A stretch of DNA of 64,000 bases from Heteronotia binoei (taxonomy: Eukaryota): the NCBI RefSeq assembly GCF_032191835.1, contig NC_083230.1:87544001-87608000 (forward strand), read 5' to 3'. Positions 61,916 through 64,000 of this stretch are shown in pieces. Position 1 is the first letter of the stretch. Every line of letters begins with the position of its first letter. A program made the translations under genes and the position numbers. The notes under the pieces are model-generated. The model worked only from the letters and a program-made list of their open reading frames with translations. It did not search any database and had not been told where the DNA came from.

Positions 61916-62179
61916 TCCAATTCTAGTTGCCAACAGCCCTTACCATCTGCTTTGGAAGGAGGCTACCTAACAGGCAGGTTAGACCTGCATCAATTCCATG
62001 CCTTTCCCCCCCTGGTTTCCTCCTGAAACCTATCTCTAACAAAAGCACAACAGAGAAGATTCTCTTTCTCTGTCCTTATCTGACCAACTTGCTGGCTGCT
62101 CCACCTTTTCCTGCGGATTCAGTTCAGAAAACTGAGCCACACCATCTGTTAAGCTTTCATCTGGCTCCTTATTTCCTTC

Positions 62180-62706
62180 TAAGGTTGCCAATCCCCAGGT
62201 AGGGGCAGGGGATCCCCTGGTTTGAGGCCCTCCCCCCACTTCAGGATCATCAGAAAGCAGGGGGAAGTCTGTTGGGCACTCCATTATTCCCTATGGAGTC
62301 TGATTTCCATAGGTATCATGGAGAATTGATCCACAGGCATCTGGAGCTTTTTTTGGGGGGGGCTTGTTTTTTGAGGTAGAGGTACCAAATTTGCAACCTA
62401 GCATCCAGTCTCTCTCCCCAGAATACCCTCCAAGTTTCAAAAACATTGGACCAGGAGGTCCAATTCTATGAGCCCCCAAATTAGGTGCCCCAATCCATTA
62501 TTTCCAATGGAGGGAAGGCATTTTAAAAGTGTGCAGTCCCTGTAAATATGATGGCCAGAACTCCCTTTGGAGTTCAATTAACCTGGTCACAATCTTACTC
62601 CTGGCTCCACCCCCCCAATGTCTCCTGGCTCCACCTCCAAAGACTCCTTTGGGGGCTCCACTCCCAAAGTCCCCAGATATTTCTTGAATTGGACTTGGCA
62701 ACCCTA
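62180..62706. mobile_element. hAT MITE, TAGGGTTGCCA family
   Basis: Homologous to 42247-42753. Perfect TSD TTTCCTTC. Confidence 0.9.
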
Positions 62707-62847
62707 TTTCCTTCTTCCTTCTCTGTCACACTCAGCACTAACATTTCCCTGTCAAGACAGAGTTTTCATCTTCTCACATTAACCTCCTTGGTCCTTTTCT
62801 GTGTCCTTCCCCTAGAAGGACAATCCACAATGGCACAAGGTCCTACC

Positions 62848-63440
62848 CAACATTCTCGCTAAGCTGTCAAGTGTTGTGAGCAGAAGTTGTACCCCATGAG
62901 TCAAACAGTCTGCTAACCTTAAAGTTGTGAGCTGGCCTACAATTTATTATTATTATATATTTTTATTTCAGTTCACAAACATGCAAGATATGAAAACATG
63001 AAATATATAAACTACCACTTGTATTATAAATCATATATTTATAACTCATATTTGCTTTTAGTATTTTATTTGACTACTGCATACATTAGTTTTTTAGATT
63101 ACGACCATAACCTTCCAAAAAGCTCAAAATGCAATCTTTTAAACTATAGTTTGGGAATGATTTAAACATTAAACATCACAAGTGGAAAGAGAATCAAGTC
63201 AAATTACAGAACATATTTTAATTCAACCTCTCTCTTCTTCCTTCTCTGTTTTCCAGAGCTTGAAAATACTGTCAATATCAATATTATTCCCATTAGACAT
63301 GTGCAGTTTAATCCTCATTAAACTTTCCAGATGATTTGTATATAGCCTATAACTAATCCTAGTTTTGATGGCATTCATCAAGCCGAAACTTCTCTCACAA
63401 TCAGCACTTGAAAAGGTCCACAAACATCTAGAAGAAGATT
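62848..63440 (-). mobile_element. 3' end of a hAT transposon with the transposase C-terminal dimerisation domain
   Basis: SSADCERSFGLMNAIKTRISYRLYTNHLESLMRIK matches the hATC motif S-x-x-x-ERxFS. Terminus CAACATTCTCGCTAAGCTG matches the MITE TIR at 15/19. Confidence 0.72.
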
Positions 63441-63699
63441 TAGTTCCCTGAATAGACAGCCTTGAAACACTTGCACTCCTAATTGAGCCATTCCCTTTCA
63501 CACTGAACAAGGCCACCAGAATCTGGCTGGTCAGTCTTGCAGACTTTAAAAATAGACAGAAAAAGAGGAGAGGCGGTTGGGGTTTCCCAAAATGATGCAT
63601 GTGTTCATTAAGAACTTAATGATAGAAGGGCAGATGCCAACAAACACTGGAGAAAGAGAAAAACTCATTGTGCCCAAGAACAGCAAGGCTGCAGGTTGC

Positions 63700-64000
63700 T
63701 TGGTGAGGCAGGCAGCAGATGACAAGTAAGCTGGGCTGGCCAGTTCAAGAGGAGTCCACAGTGCAAAGATGCTTCCAGCAGCTTTCCACACCCATTGTGG
63801 AGTGACAAACCAATATCAGGGCAGGACCATTTTTTAAAAAAGGAAGGGTGTGAAAATAAAACCAGGAGCCAGCCTGATGTATCTGAGTTTCTGCATGCCT
63901 CCAATGATAAGAGACCTGGCCTCTTTGTTTGGAAGAGAGATTGGGGGCAGGATTCTAAATACAAAGATAACAATCCAAGAAATTGTTGACACGATAAGAA
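63700..64000 (+). mobile_element. Possible old L1 ORF2 linker fragment
   Basis: ILNTKITIQEIVDTIR resembles L1 LxxPITxxEI; upstream DVSEFL. Weak. Confidence 0.3.

Overview
Eukaryotic, repeat-rich genomic DNA from a squamate reptile. Sauria and 5S-Sauria-type SINEs indicate a squamate; gecko is my recollection of the MITE/SINE repertoire, not a search result. I could not recognise any host protein-coding gene. There is a CpG-enriched promoter-like island at about 29.1-29.5 kb and a few weak exon candidates. Major transposable elements: (1) a full-length, degenerate L1-clade LINE on the minus strand (3021-8793, 17-bp TSD, apparent TGATG stop-start between ORF1 and ORF2); (2) a TSD-flanked 'mini-L1' of the same family that joins the 5'UTR directly to the ORF2 zinc-knuckle end (10927-12093); (3) a near full-length CR1 LINE with an in-frame mosaic duplication in ORF1 (about 30880-35432, with a 134-N gap); (4) a young DIRS1-type tyrosine-recombinase retrotransposon (53388-56430). 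The DIRS copy keeps its ITRs and ICR, lacks gag and the RT N-terminus, has two stops in RT/RNaseH, and keeps one open frame from an ATG in the left ITR through the recombinase. Around these are several hAT MITE families with 8-bp TSDs, a hAT transposase remnant, a Gypsy RT remnant, LTR-like pieces, Penelope-like remnants, a 44-bp G-rich minisatellite and microsatellites. All calls come from reading the sequence and the ORF track; no database searches were run.
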